DNA of 64,000 nucleotides from Sedimentisphaerales bacterium (GTDB lineage: Bacteria > Planctomycetota > Phycisphaerae > Sedimentisphaerales > Anaerobacaceae), in NCBI GenBank assembly GCA_963708075.1, contig OY970194.1, positions 3,520,001 through 3,584,000 of the forward strand. Direction: 5' to 3'. This document shows positions 9,967 to 20,706 of the stretch, one piece after another; position 1 is the first letter of the stretch; each line of letters begins with the position of its first letter. Below the pieces are notes generated by a model. The model was not told the origin of the DNA and did not search any database. It was given only the letters and a program-made list of their open reading frames with translations. The translations under genes were made by a program, and so were the position numbers.

Positions 9967-10056
9967 GATGATTGATGAAGGATAATTGATGAAGGATGAT
10001 TGAAAGAGGAGGTCCGGACTCCTCCAGATCATCAATCATCGATAATCAACAATCAA
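9967..10056. terminator. Imperfect hairpin of GATGATT/AATCATC repeats between convergent genes; possible bidirectional terminator
   Basis: GATGATTGATGAAGGATAATTGATGAAGGATGATTG, then near-palindromic core GAGGAGGTCCGGACTCCTC, then ATCATCAATCATCGATAATCAACAATCAATC. Confidence 0.5.
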
Positions 10057-11126
10057 TCAAAGACCTCGACTTGTGAGTAGACCGGGGTCAGCAGATTGAA
10101 CATGAGGACGGCGTCGCCATTGTACATGCGGATGCAGCCGCGAGAGCCGGCGGTGCCGATCTGCTCGGGCTCCTTCGTGCCGTGGATGGCGAATCCCGTT
10201 CTGTCCTTGGCCGCGCCTTCAAGACCGTCCAGCGCGATCCATCGTGAGCCCAGCGGGTAGTCCGGATCTCTTGCGGTGTAGAGTCTTCCGCTGTCCGGAT
10301 CAGTCCACGGTGGCTGGATCAACTTACCAGCCTCCTGAACACGCCAGACACCGGTCGGCGTCTCAAAACCGGGCTTGCCCAAACCCACCTTGAAGCTGCG
10401 GACGTACGTATCCCCGAGATACAGATCCAGCGTGAATGTGGAGCGATAGACTTTGGCATGGAACGGCCCCTTGACGATCTTGAGGGCCCGGCCGGCCTGA
10501 AGGCTCTCAGGCTTGGGGATGTTGTTGATCTGCATCAGGATCTCGTAGGGGATCTTGTTCCGACGCCCGATCACCTGCAGCAGGTCGCCCCGCTTGACCA
10601 TGTACGTCTCGCACAGAGTATCCCCGGCAAAAACGGCGGGGCCGAAAAGCCAATTCTCCGCCAGCTTCGCCATCTCGTCCTTGACGGTCTGCCTTTGCTC
10701 CGGGCTCATGGACAGTTTCAGGGCATCGTTCAGATTGTTGCGGACCTCGATAATGCGGCCGGGCTGCGACTGCTGCAGGGCGACCGCCTTGGCAACAATG
10801 TCCGCCACGGCTGGGTTCGGCTCGTTGGTCACCGCAGGTACATTCGCCATACCGCCCGCCGGTGAGAATCCAAACTGAGGCTGCGATGGCGCCGGTGTGG
10901 TCGGCTGAGGCTGCGTCTCATGGGCTGCACCGGGTGCCGGCTCGGCCGGGTTACTGACGGCGTTCGCCTCCGGGACCGTTTCGCCGGCCACCGCCTCCTG
11001 CGGCGCCCCGGAATGCCCGCGGAACAGAACGAACACGACAGCCCCGAACACAAGCAGGGCGACCACGAGATACAGACTGCTGGTCCGGAATTGGCCGGCG
11101 ATCCATTTGAAAGACAAGCGAGCCAT
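10053..11126 (-). CDS. LysM/YkuD L,D-transpeptidase family protein
   Basis: N-terminal TM helix; LysM (YMVKRGDLL...NNI...LQAGRALK); catalytic motif AIHGT...IGTAGSRGCIRM; AAGGAG RBS. Confidence 0.92.
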   Translation of the reverse strand: MARLSFKWIAGQFRTSSLYLVVALLVFGAVVFVLFRGHSGAPQEAVAGETVPEANAVSNPAEPAPGAAHETQPQPTTPAPSQPQFGFSPAGGMANVPAVTNEPNPAVADIVAKAVALQQSQPGRIIEVRNNLNDALKLSMSPEQRQTVKDEMAKLAENWLFGPAVFAGDTLCETYMVKRGDLLQVIGRRNKIPYEILMQINNIPKPESLQAGRALKIVKGPFHAKVYRSTFTLDLYLGDTYVRSFKVGLGKPGFETPTGVWRVQEAGKLIQPPWTDPDSGRLYTARDPDYPLGSRWIALDGLEGAAKDRTGFAIHGTKEPEQIGTAGSRGCIRMYNGDAVLMFNLLTPVYSQVEVFD

Positions 11127-11127
11127 C

Positions 11128-11730
11128 CTAAGCTCCTTTCTGCTCGTCGCAGTAAATGATTTCCTCATCAGTCACAAGAAAGTGAACGGGCTCATCGCTT
11201 TCGGTCACAGGGATCGTATCGAGCACCTGCTCGGCGAAGGCCAGGCCGCAGCGCGCAGCCTTCACTTCCTTGTTGGCAAAAAATCGGTCGTAATATGAGC
11301 CTCCTCGGCCTAATCGATTCCCCCGCCGGTCGAACCCGAGGCCCGGGGCAACCACCAGGTCGATCTCGCCGAAAGGAATCGGCGCTCCTGCCGTGGGATT
11401 TCGCAGACCCCAGGAACTGGTGGAGAAGCCCGTCTCTAGCGATGTGATCTGGACAGGAATCATGTGCCGCTGTTGCCATGAGATCTTCGGCACCGCCACT
11501 GTCTTGCCAAGCTGCCAGGCATGTAGAATGGCGTCCGAGGTGTCCAACTCGTGCGGCAGGGACAGGAACAACATCACAATAGAGGCGTGTTGAAATTCCT
11601 CGGTGGAGATCAAGTTCTGGCACGCCTTCTTGCTCTTTGCTTTTTGCTCGGCGGCCGGGATGGACAGCAGGCGGTTGCGTAACTGACGCCGTAGCTCAAC
11701 CTTCTCCATTAGCTCATCCTTGATCTTCAC
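11128..11730 (-). CDS. 5-formyltetrahydrofolate cyclo-ligase
   Basis: K..LRRQL and DLVVAPGLGFDRRGNRLGRGGSYYDRF; start at GTG 11730 or ATG 11709. Confidence 0.93.
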   Translation of the reverse strand: MKIKDELMEKVELRRQLRNRLLSIPAAEQKAKSKKACQNLISTEEFQHASIVMLFLSLPHELDTSDAILHAWQLGKTVAVPKISWQQRHMIPVQITSLETGFSTSSWGLRNPTAGAPIPFGEIDLVVAPGLGFDRRGNRLGRGGSYYDRFFANKEVKAARCGLAFAEQVLDTIPVTESDEPVHFLVTDEEIIYCDEQKGA

Positions 11731-13101
11731 GGGAACTTCCCTTCCCGAATGTTTTCCCACTTTCTATCAGCCTTTGCAGGTTTTGTAAATACTGCCGAAT
11801 GTTTTTCTCATATCCGGCGTCCTTTGGGTCATAATACTGCTTCGGCGGCCCCGGCAGATACTCCTGAGGCACAAAACCACCTGCATAGTCATGCGGGTAT
11901 TTGTAATCCACCCCGAACCCGGCCTTTTTCGCAGCCGGGTAATGCGAGTCCTTCAAATGTTGCGGCACCGCCCGGATCGGCTGCGTCTTGACGTCTGCCG
12001 ATGCCTGCCAGACCGCGCTGGCACTGGCGTTGGACTTCGGGGCGCAGGCCACATAAATGGCCGCCTGGGCCAGCGCGAGCTGCGCCTCGGGCAGGCCCAC
12101 GAACTCGGTGATCTGCACGGCCGCCGCCGCCAGCACCGTCGCCATCGGGTCGGCATTGCCGACGTCTTCCGTGGCACAGATGGCGATCCGCCTGGCAATG
12201 AAGCGAGTGTCCTCGCCCCCTGCCAGCATGCGGGCAAGCCAGTACACGGTGGCATCCGGGTCCGAGCCTCGCATGCTCTTCTGCAAGGCGCTGGCCAAGT
12301 CGTAATGCGTATCGCCCGTTCCGTCGTAAAGGACAGCCTTTTGTTGTATCGACTCTCTTGCGGTTTCCAGATGAAATTTTAGCGGTCCTGCCTCCGCCCG
12401 GGCTGCCTGTGAGAGCACGCCGATCTCCAGAGCGGTCAGGGCCTTACGGGCATCCCCTTCCGACATGTCCGCCAGGAACTCCAGGGCCGCCGGATCGGCC
12501 TGGACGTTCAGGTTCCCCAGGCCCCGCTCGCGGTCTTCTACCGCCTTCTTGAGCAATTCCAGGACCTCGTCGCGGCTCAATGGCTCAAATCGGAAGACCG
12601 TGCTGCGGGAGATCAGCGGGCCCGTGATGGCGAAATATGGGTTCTCGCTGGTGGCGCCGATGAGGATCAGAACGCCGGACTCGACATCGTTGAGCAGGAC
12701 GTCCTGCTGGGCGCGGTTGAAACGGTGGATCTCGTCCACGAAAAGCACCGTCCTGGCCCTATGCGAGGCCAGTCGGTCCCGGGCCTCGGCAATGACCTCG
12801 CGGATGTCCTTGACGGTCGCGGCCGGGGCGCTGAGGTAGTGGAACTTCGCCTGGGTATGATGGGCGATCACCATCGCCAGTGAAGTCTTGCCGGCCCCGG
12901 GCGGGCCATGGAAGATCAGGCTGCTGAGCCGGTCGGCCGCAAGCATGCGGGTGAGCAGCTTGCCGGGACCGAGGAAGTGCTTCTGCCCGACGAACTCCTC
13001 CAGCGTTCTCGGCCGCATCCTCGCCGCCAGGGCGCCGCCGACTGAACATTGGCGCTCTCACGAGCCTCGAACAACCCTTTATCACTACTACGATCTTGCA
13101 T
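11714..13101 (-). CDS. rarA: Replication-associated recombination protein A (MgsA); N-terminus frameshifted at ~13030
   Basis: MRPRTLEEFVGQ, GPPGAGKT, VDEIHRFNRAQQD, GATSENP, SALQKSMRGSD and EDVGNADP. One extra C in GCGCCC restores the conserved APLAARMRP and joins the upstream MQDRSSDKGLF. Confidence 0.93.
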
Positions 13102-13400
13102 GGCGGCCATTATACGGGCGAGACGGTCGATTGCAATTCGCTTGCATGCGCCAGGCGATCCCGGGCAGACAGTCACACAAAACCTGCTGTGGATCCCAGA
13201 AGCCCCATTGAGGCACCCATCATGGCGCCACGATGGTGACATAACTTCTTGTGCAGGGATGAATTATGCCTTTTGCAGGTCATTGTCCCCTGCCCGAGTG
13301 ACAATGTGGGTAAGATCACAACAGCGGACGTAGTCTGCCTGTTTTAACCTGAAGGCCTCCCTCGTGACGCAAATAAAGAGGCAAGTGAAGGCTTTTTCTC

Positions 13401-13428
13401 TTGATTTTGTCCCTCTACCTGATATAGT
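13401..13428 (+). promoter_or_regulatory. Putative sigma70 promoter for the first beta-barrel gene
   Basis: TTGATT-16 nt-TATAGT with extended TG. Confidence 0.6.
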
Positions 13429-13582
13429 AGCGCGAACATTTTTGGACTTTGTGTGGTGGACATTTGAACCGGGAATTCAAGTGCCAGGTTGCAGGCTTGT
13501 CGTGTGCCATTATGTCTTTGTCGTATGTATAGATCGGCTATGGGAAGGCCAGGGTAAGACACTTTTTTGAAAGGGGAGTAGT

Positions 13583-14164
13583 ATGATGCGTTGTTTGATG
13601 TGGGCAGCAGTAGTGAGTCTGGTTTTTGCAGGGGCGGCGAGCGCTTCGGTCAAGCAGGGTGACACGGAACTCGAATTCATGGGCGGTTTCATCACTGAGG
13701 ATGCGTCCGGCGATACCGGCGTGGAGACGGATTCCTGGTTCGCATCCGGCGGGCTCGGTTACTTCCTGAATGACAACCTGCAGGTTTCGGCCGCCGCGTT
13801 CGGCTTATGGACAGAGACCGACTTTGTTGAGCCGGGGGAACGAGAGGAGTGGGACATCGATGTCGTCGGCGTAGGCGGCAAAGCCAGATGGCATTTCATG
13901 CCGGCCAACCAGTTGGTGCCCTATGTGGGCGCTCAGTTGTTCTACGTCGATGCGGATGTTGAGAACAAGGTAGACGGCGTGAAGGAGTTCAGCTTGAATC
14001 CTGATGGCGTGCTGTGGGGCCCGATCGCAGGTCTGAGGTTTGAGTTGAATGACAACAACGATTTCTTCGCAGAGTACCAGTATCACATCTGGGATGGCGA
14101 CGTTGGCTCGCTCCTGGACGACGGGCATGCTATCTTCATCGGCATCGTCCACCAGTTCAAGTAG
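13583..14164 (+). CDS. Outer-membrane beta-barrel protein (small barrel)
   Basis: Signal peptide (AGAASA); alternating amphipathic strands; VPYVG motif; C-terminus GIVHQFK. Confidence 0.8.
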   Translation: MMRCLMWAAVVSLVFAGAASASVKQGDTELEFMGGFITEDASGDTGVETDSWFASGGLGYFLNDNLQVSAAAFGLWTETDFVEPGEREEWDIDVVGVGGKARWHFMPANQLVPYVGAQLFYVDADVENKVDGVKEFSLNPDGVLWGPIAGLRFELNDNNDFFAEYQYHIWDGDVGSLLDDGHAIFIGIVHQFK

Positions 14165-14230
14165 GATCCGGCGGTGAGGAATTGAATCGGACGGACGCAA
14201 TGAGGTCCGCATAACAACACCCGGGTATGT

Positions 14231-14263
14231 GCTGCGAGTCCTGCGGGACTCGCAGCTTTTTTT
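14231..14263 (+). terminator. Rho-independent terminator
   Basis: GCTGCGAGTCC-TGCG-GGACTCGCAGC (11-bp perfect stem) followed by T7. Confidence 0.9.
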
Positions 14264-14598
14264 ATTTGTGGCGTTCTGCAAGATTCTGCCTGTTTCCTCC
14301 CGCCGGGTCTGCCGGACTCATCGTTGACGTGACAGCCAGCCCTTCCATCACCGCTCATAGCGGACGTCGCGGCGATCCCAAGGAGCACCCTGGACATTAT
14401 CGGACAATGCTCAGACCGGCTCGTACCGTGACGCCTCCACCCCACCCTAAAAAGGTTAAGAATGTCACCGATAACCGCCGATAACAGCAGAAGATAGGCC
14501 GGGGGACACCGGTTACGCGCCCTCAGGTTTGTGGGTATATAGCGGAATCCGCCCGGCCGGGGAATCTCAGTGAATGGCATTAGTGAAAGGGAAGTCGT

Positions 14599-15268
14599 AT
14601 GACAAGTCGATTGGCTTGGGTCTCGATGGCCATTTTGGGTCTTGCCGGCGCCGCCGGTGCATCCGTGCAGAAGGGCGATACAGAGCTGGAGTTTCTCGGC
14701 GGCTGGCTCAGTCAGAGCGGCAGCAGCGAAGGGTCTGATTTCGATGCGTGGTTCGCGTCGGGCGCGTTCAACTACTTCGTCAGCGACAATCTGTCGTTGG
14801 GTGTTGGCGCCTTTGGCAGTCAGATGAACATGTCCGGCGGGACCAGCACCCTTGAAGTGGATGTGGGCGGAGGTTTCAGTATCGACGCGCAGTTCAGGGA
14901 CATCGAGCAGGATATCACTGTCTATGGCGTGGGAGCGAATATCAAGCTGCATTTCGCGCCGACCAATCAATGGGTGCCGTATATTGGCGGCCAAATCAAG
15001 TGGGTTAGCGCGGAAGTGGATACCACCGGCAAGTATGCCGCCGAGAACCGGTCCGGACACCGGGGAGTTCGGTCCCGAACAGGACTTCAGCGAGAACACG
15101 GATGTCGACGGCATCCTGTACGGGCCTCTCGCCGGTGTGAGGGTCGAGTTGAATGAGTATAATGATCTTTTCGTGGAGGCCCAGTACCATCTCTGGGGCG
15201 GTGACGTCGGAGACATTCTCGATAACGGTTTCGGCGTCTTCGTCGGTATCGTCCACCAGTTCCAGTAG
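14599..15268 (+). CDS. Outer-membrane beta-barrel protein, paralog of 13583-14164; +1 frameshift at ~15046
   Basis: VQKGDTELEFLGG, LHFAPTNQWVPYIG and GPLAGVRVELNE...GIVHQFQ align with the upstream paralog across two frames. Confidence 0.8.
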
Positions 15269-15545
15269 GACACGGCTCTGGCGAGTGGAACTCCGCCGGG
15301 CGATCTGAATCTCTGAGAGACATCGAGCTGCGGGTCCTTGGTTGGCCCGCAGCTCTTTTCATTTACGCCCCGCCGGAGCCTGTCGCGCCCCACAAAAATT
15401 TCGTCGTCACTTCCATGCTTGACTGTCGGCGGGAAACCGCGTACAGTTCTGTCAAGGCGGGATGGCAGGATGGACATCCCGGCCCTCGTGCTGCGCAGGA
15501 TGCGGCAGATAGGAGCACATTGCTGTTTAGGAAAGGAGTGGGAAA

Positions 15546-16464
15546 ATGACACATCAAAAGGCACTTCTGGTTGTCGGTCTTGTGAGCATGGCGGTCTTGG
15601 CGTCCACGGCCCTGGGCGGTGCGCCGATGGGGCCGCCAATGGCGCTGCTGGGCGAGGGCAATGTGGGCTTTGGAGGGGAGTACGGGCATGAGAGCATGGA
15701 TCTGCGCGCCAATGGGACTCTCTCGGCGGTATACGGAGGCGTGCCCTTCGACTTCGTCGAGACCATAGAGATCGAGGATCTGTCGATGAACATGTTCTTC
15801 GTGACCCTGGGCTATGGTGTGTGCGACAACTGGGACATCTTCCTGCGCGGGCGCCGCGGATGCCCAGGACGATATGACGGGTCGAGGGAATATCCCCGTG
15901 AACCCCAATGACCCTGACTCGCTTGTCGATCAGCTTGGCGTCCCACAAGAGTACTCTCTGGACAGCCTCAACAGCGATTTCGGATTCGCGTTCGGCGTGG
16001 GCACGCGAGGCACCTTCTGCCGCTCGGGACCATGGGCGTTCGGCGGGCTGGTGCAGGCAACCTACTTCATGCCCGGCGACAGCGACATTGAATACACCGA
16101 TCCGCTCTGGGGAGAGGGCGTGGTGCAGGTCGGGGATGCCGAACTTCGCTTTTGGGAGGCACAGGTCTCGCTGGCGGCCAGCTACCAGGTAGACACGCTG
16201 CGGCTGTGGGCCGGACCGTTTCTCCAGTTTGTCATGGGCGATCTCGACCGCGACGGCGAGGTTCTCTTCGATGGCGAGAATCTGGGTGACACGTTCGACG
16301 CATCCAGCGACCTGCAGCAGGAATCCGAGATCGGCGGGCACTTCGGCGGCGATTGGAGCATAAACCAGCAGGTGGATCTGTGGGTGGAAGGCCAGGTCAC
16401 CGGCGATTCCTGGTTTGTGGGCGTCGGCCTGCTGCTCAAGCCGCAAGAGTCTTTCGGGATGTAA
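15546..16464 (+). CDS. Outer-membrane beta-barrel protein; frameshift at ~15848
   Basis: Signal peptide; GAPMGPP; LGYGVCDNWDIFLR continues in the second frame as AGAADAQDD...WFVGVGLLLKP. Confidence 0.7.
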
Positions 16465-16544
16465 GTCCCAGAATCGGCATTGCTTGAAGGGATCTCACGG
16501 GAGGTTGTATCACAGCGATACAGCCTCCCTTCTCTCGATGGACG

Positions 16545-17555
16545 TCACGTGGCCCGGTCCGCCATGAGCCGGGCGGTCTCCGCCAGCGCGTCCCTGGCTT
16601 GGCCCGCCGGCAGGGCCTTGAGGGCTTCGATCGCCTTGGCAGCGTACTGTTGGGTCCGCACGCGTGCATATCGCACACTGCCATTTCTCGCAAGCATGCC
16701 GGCCAACTCGCTCCTGGACTCGGCCGGGTTCTTCAACAAGTTCTGGATCGCCTCTTTTTCGGATGCACACGCCGTATCAAGCAGGTGGATGACAGCCAGG
16801 GTCGGTTTGCCATGATCGAAGTCGCTCTGCAATGGCTTGCCCATGCGGCCCTCTTCCCCCGTGATATCGAGTACATCATCCATGATCTGGAAGGCGGTGC
16901 CGGCATGCAATCCATACAAGGACGCCGCTTCCACCTGCTCCTGTGAGGCCTGCGTCAGCATGGCGCCCAGCCGGCAGCACCCGCTGAAAAAGGAGGCGCT
17001 CTTGTCCGCGATGATGTCGAGGTACTCGGCCTCGCGGAGCTGCCAATTCCGCCTCTGCATGACCTGCCTGAGTTCCCCCTCGCACACCCGCATGGCCGTT
17101 TGCGCCAGGACTTTGGCCACGGGGGCCTGCAACTCGGCCGTCATCCTGAAGACCCGGCTCAGGACGAAGTCGCCGAGCAGGACCGCCGATTCGTTGCCCC
17201 AGAGGCGATTAACGGTTGGGATACCCCGCCGGCTCTGGCCCTCATCGATAACATCATCATGAAGGAGCGTGGCATCGTGGACCATCTGCATCATGGCCGC
17301 AACGCGCACATGCTCGTCGGTGACTTGCCCGAGACATTCGCCCACGAGCAGCACCAGGCCCGGCCGGATCATCTTGCCGTGGCGGGAGACGAGATACTCA
17401 TACACGGGGACCAGTTCATCGGCAGTCGTTGCCGTCATCAGGGATTGACAGATGCACTCCCGGACGCGCTTCAACTGCGAATCGATCGCCTGAAACGGGC
17501 GGATCTCAAGCCACGGGGCATTCTCAGGAGCGTTGGTGTTCACTGGCAACTGCAT
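16545..17555 (-). CDS. Long-chain polyprenyl diphosphate synthase (IspB/HepT-like)
   Basis: GKMIRP; LLHDDVIDEGQSRRG; AFQIMDDVLD; GKPT. Confidence 0.93.
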   Translation of the reverse strand: MQLPVNTNAPENAPWLEIRPFQAIDSQLKRVRECICQSLMTATTADELVPVYEYLVSRHGKMIRPGLVLLVGECLGQVTDEHVRVAAMMQMVHDATLLHDDVIDEGQSRRGIPTVNRLWGNESAVLLGDFVLSRVFRMTAELQAPVAKVLAQTAMRVCEGELRQVMQRRNWQLREAEYLDIIADKSASFFSGCCRLGAMLTQASQEQVEAASLYGLHAGTAFQIMDDVLDITGEEGRMGKPLQSDFDHGKPTLAVIHLLDTACASEKEAIQNLLKNPAESRSELAGMLARNGSVRYARVRTQQYAAKAIEALKALPAGQARDALAETARLMADRAT

Positions 17556-17601
17556 GGGCCATGGTAAGCAGACGACAACCGCCGGCGCAGCACGCGGTCT
17601 G

Positions 17602-18468
17602 CTACTTCTCCTTTCGACGAGCGTAGCTGTAGAATCTGTCCCTGAGCAGACGTGTGATCGCACCGGGCTTGCCGTCGCCGATGACTCGGCCGTCGATCTC
17701 TACGATCCCGATGACCTCTGCGGCCGTCCCCGTCAGGAAGAACTCGTCGCAGACGTACAGGTCGTACCGGGTCAGGTTCTTCTCGACGACCTCCAGGCGC
17801 TCCTGCCGGGCCAGGCGGATGACTACCGCCCGGGTAATCCCCTCCAAGCTGCCCGCCTCCACCGGGGGCACGTAGACGATCTTATTGCGGACGATGAAGA
17901 CGTTGTCGCCCGTAGCCTCGGCGACATAGCCCTCATGGTTATACATGATGGCCTCGGGCGCACCAACGTCCAGGGCCTCCATCTTGGCCAGAATGTTGTT
18001 GAGGTAATTGAGGCTCTTGATCTGCGGGGGCAGGGCCAGGGGGTGGTTGCGCACGGTCGTGGCGCTGATCACCTTCATGCCCTTCTCGTAGAGTTCCTCC
18101 GGGTAGAGCTGGATCTTATCGGCGATGATGATCAGGCCGGCGGTCTTGCAGGTGAACGGATTGAGGCCCAGGCAACCGACGCCGCGGGTGACCAGGAGCC
18201 GGATGTACCCATCGTGAATCCGGTTTGCTTCCACCGTGGTCTCGATCGCGCGGGTCAAATCCTCCTTGCTCATCGGGACCTGCAGACGGATCGCCCGCGC
18301 CGAGTCGAAGAGCCGCCGGACGTGCGCTTCCATCTCGAACACCCTCTTGTCGTACACCCGGATCCCCTCGAACACGCCGTCGCCGTAGAGCAAGCCGTGG
18401 TCAAAAACGGATACCTTGGCATCCGCCTCGTCAACCAGTTTGTCATTGAGCCAAATCTTCAGTGCCAT
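17602..18468 (-). CDS. ilvE: Branched-chain amino acid aminotransferase
   Basis: DHGLLYGDGVFEGIR; IKSLNYLNN; EATGDN; LEGITR; DEFFLTGTAAE. Confidence 0.96.
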   Translation of the reverse strand: MALKIWLNDKLVDEADAKVSVFDHGLLYGDGVFEGIRVYDKRVFEMEAHVRRLFDSARAIRLQVPMSKEDLTRAIETTVEANRIHDGYIRLLVTRGVGCLGLNPFTCKTAGLIIIADKIQLYPEELYEKGMKVISATTVRNHPLALPPQIKSLNYLNNILAKMEALDVGAPEAIMYNHEGYVAEATGDNVFIVRNKIVYVPPVEAGSLEGITRAVVIRLARQERLEVVEKNLTRYDLYVCDEFFLTGTAAEVIGIVEIDGRVIGDGKPGAITRLLRDRFYSYARRKEK

Positions 18469-18470
18469 AT

Positions 18471-19187
18471 TTACGCCCTTATCCTGCCGTCCTCCAACAC
18501 GATGACGCGCTGAGCCCTGTCGGCGATTCGCTCATCGTGCGTCACCATAACGATGGTCTGCCCAGCGCGGTTCAGATCCTCGAAAACCTTTAGAATACCA
18601 TTTCCTGTCACGGAGTCAAGGTTTCCTGTCGGCTCATCGGCCAGGAGGAGCCTGGGCCGGTTCATCAGGGCCCTGCCGATGGCGACCCTTTGGCGTTCGC
18701 CGCCGGACAACTGATAGGGCTTGTGCCGGACCCGTTCCTTCAAGCCCAACTGCTCGAGCAGCTCCGTCGCCCGCTTCGTGGCGGCCCGCCGCGTCAGCAG
18801 CCAGCCGACCACGCTACGCGAAACCATCGCCGGCAGAACGATATTTTCCAGCACATTCAATTCGTCCAACAGGTGATAAAACTGAAAGACAAAACCGACC
18901 ATCTCGTTGCGGTAGCGGTTGAGCTCTCGGGCCCTTATCCGATTCAGGTCCCGGCCGCTGAACTGAACGACCCCTTTATCGGGCCTGTCCAGCCCGCCGA
19001 GGATGTGCAACAGGGTGCTCTTGCCGCTGCCGGAGGCCCCGATGATGGCCACGAACTCGCCCTCCCGGACGGTCACATCGACCCCCCGCAGGACCTCCAC
19101 TCTCGTCGCTCCCATCCGATAGGACTTGCGGACCCCCGAGGCACTCAAAATTGTATGCGCTTTATCCATAAGGCCATCCATACCCAC
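18471..19187 (-). CDS. lolD: LolD-like ABC transporter ATP-binding protein
   Basis: GASGSGKSTLL; LSGGERQRVAI; LLADEPTGNLD; VTHD; downstream of two LolC/E-like permeases. Confidence 0.85.
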   Translation of the reverse strand: MGMDGLMDKAHTILSASGVRKSYRMGATRVEVLRGVDVTVREGEFVAIIGASGSGKSTLLHILGGLDRPDKGVVQFSGRDLNRIRARELNRYRNEMVGFVFQFYHLLDELNVLENIVLPAMVSRSVVGWLLTRRAATKRATELLEQLGLKERVRHKPYQLSGGERQRVAIGRALMNRPRLLLADEPTGNLDSVTGNGILKVFEDLNRAGQTIVMVTHDERIADRAQRVIVLEDGRIRA

Positions 19188-19212
19188 CTTGACAGAGGTG
19201 GGGCATCCATCT

Positions 19213-20558
19213 CTACACGGGACCGGTGTGCAGTGTCTCCACGGGCCGCAGCCGGGCGGCGCTATAGGCGGGGAACAAAGCCCCGATCAAACAGGACGCG
19301 ATCGCGCAGCCGACGATGGTCGCGAGCACCGGGAACTCCACGTGGTTGGGAATGTCCCCGATCGCGTAGATGCTGCGATCCCATAACTGAAAGCCGAACC
19401 TCTCAAAGAGCTGGCCTTCGACCCAGTTGATCTTCGAAAGGAACAGCCACGCGGTCAGGGCCCCGATCCCCGAGCCCAGGCATCCGATCACAAAGGCAAA
19501 GCCGGCGAAAAGGGCCAGGATGCTGACGTTCGAGCTGCCGACGCTCTTCAGCACGCCGACGTCCTTTCGCTTGTGGCTGACGATCATATAGAAGACGACG
19601 AATACGATGAAGACCGTCGTGACGCCGACCAGGATGAACATCAGGCCCAGGAGCACCTGCTCTTTTTCCATCGGGGCGATGACTGCACGACGATACTCCT
19701 TCCAGTCCTGCACGAGCACCGCGTCGAGAAGAAAACTGTCCGGGGCGTCTGCCTTCGCTCGCCTGAATTCCTGCCACATCGCCGCCACCTGGGCGCGTCC
19801 CTGGCTCAGCCCCACACCCGCACAGAACTTGATGTGAATGGCGTTGACCCTCTTCAAAGTCCCCGCCATGCACAATTTCTGGGCTTGTTCCAGGGGAATG
19901 TAGATCTGGGAGCCATCGACGTGCGCGATTCCCGATTGCGAGTGGTCACTGTAGGAGAAATGCTGGGTTTCGACGATGCCGGCGCCGAGCTTCGCGGGGC
20001 GCCGCCGGCCGTCAGCGGAAAGCACGTCAGGGTGATTGCCACCGGCGTGGGTTGGTCGTCGTACATATATTGACCCTGGGTACTGCGATTCAGGGCCAGA
20101 TCGATGCCCAAAACGCAGCCGAGGGCATTCGGGTCGTACACCGGCAGAAAGGCCTTGTCGGGCTGCCCGGCGCGGTAATGCAAGGTCTGTGCAAAATTTG
20201 TCGTCCGGGCATGAAGCACCGGATCGATCCCGAGGATCTCCACGCCGCGGCGCACCTCGTCCTGCCGGACGCTGAGCAGGCCGTAACTCTTGACGGCCGG
20301 CGAAACCGCCTCGACGAAATTCGCCCCCTTCAGTTTCTCGATGAATTCCTCGTAGTAGGGAAATCCGACGAGTGAGTCCGTACCGACGACGCAATCGCCC
20401 ACGAATTGGTGGTTCTTCTGTTTGAAGTCCTGCACCAGGCCCGTCATGATCGTCATCACGACCACGACGATGAAAACGCACAAGGCCACGGCCAGTATCG
20501 CGAAATGCGTGATACGCCGCTTCAGCAAATATCGAGTGATCAACTTTAGCTTATACAT
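19213..20558 (-). CDS. LolC/E-like (FtsX-family) permease; frameshift at ~19997
   Basis: N-terminal half RYLLKRR...VVVVMTIMTGL and C-terminal half MEKEQ...KRKDVGVLKSVG...PAYSAARLRPVETL are joined by adding one C to a C-run. Confidence 0.85.
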
Positions 20559-20599
20559 ACGCCGTCAAGAGATCAGAACGTCGCAAACTCTTCGGTTCT

Positions 20600-20680
20600 G
20601 GGTGGCATCGTCAAGCGCAAGCTTGGCGATGGTTTGCCCATCCGCCATCGCCAAGGCCTTCGGCCTTGACGCTGCCACCC
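20600..20680. repeat. Inverted REP doublet (REPIN-like)
   Basis: GGGTGGCATCGTCAAG...CTTGGCGATGG and CCATCGCCAAG...CTTGACGCTGCCACCC are near reverse complements, and each half is itself palindromic. Confidence 0.75.
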
Positions 20681-20706
20681 GTCGCTGCTCTGCAAAGCTC
20701 CAGATG

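Noticed and set aside
14083..16446. 787-aa minus-strand ORF
   Set aside because: Antisense shadow of the beta-barrel genes; no motifs; expected in GC-rich DNA.
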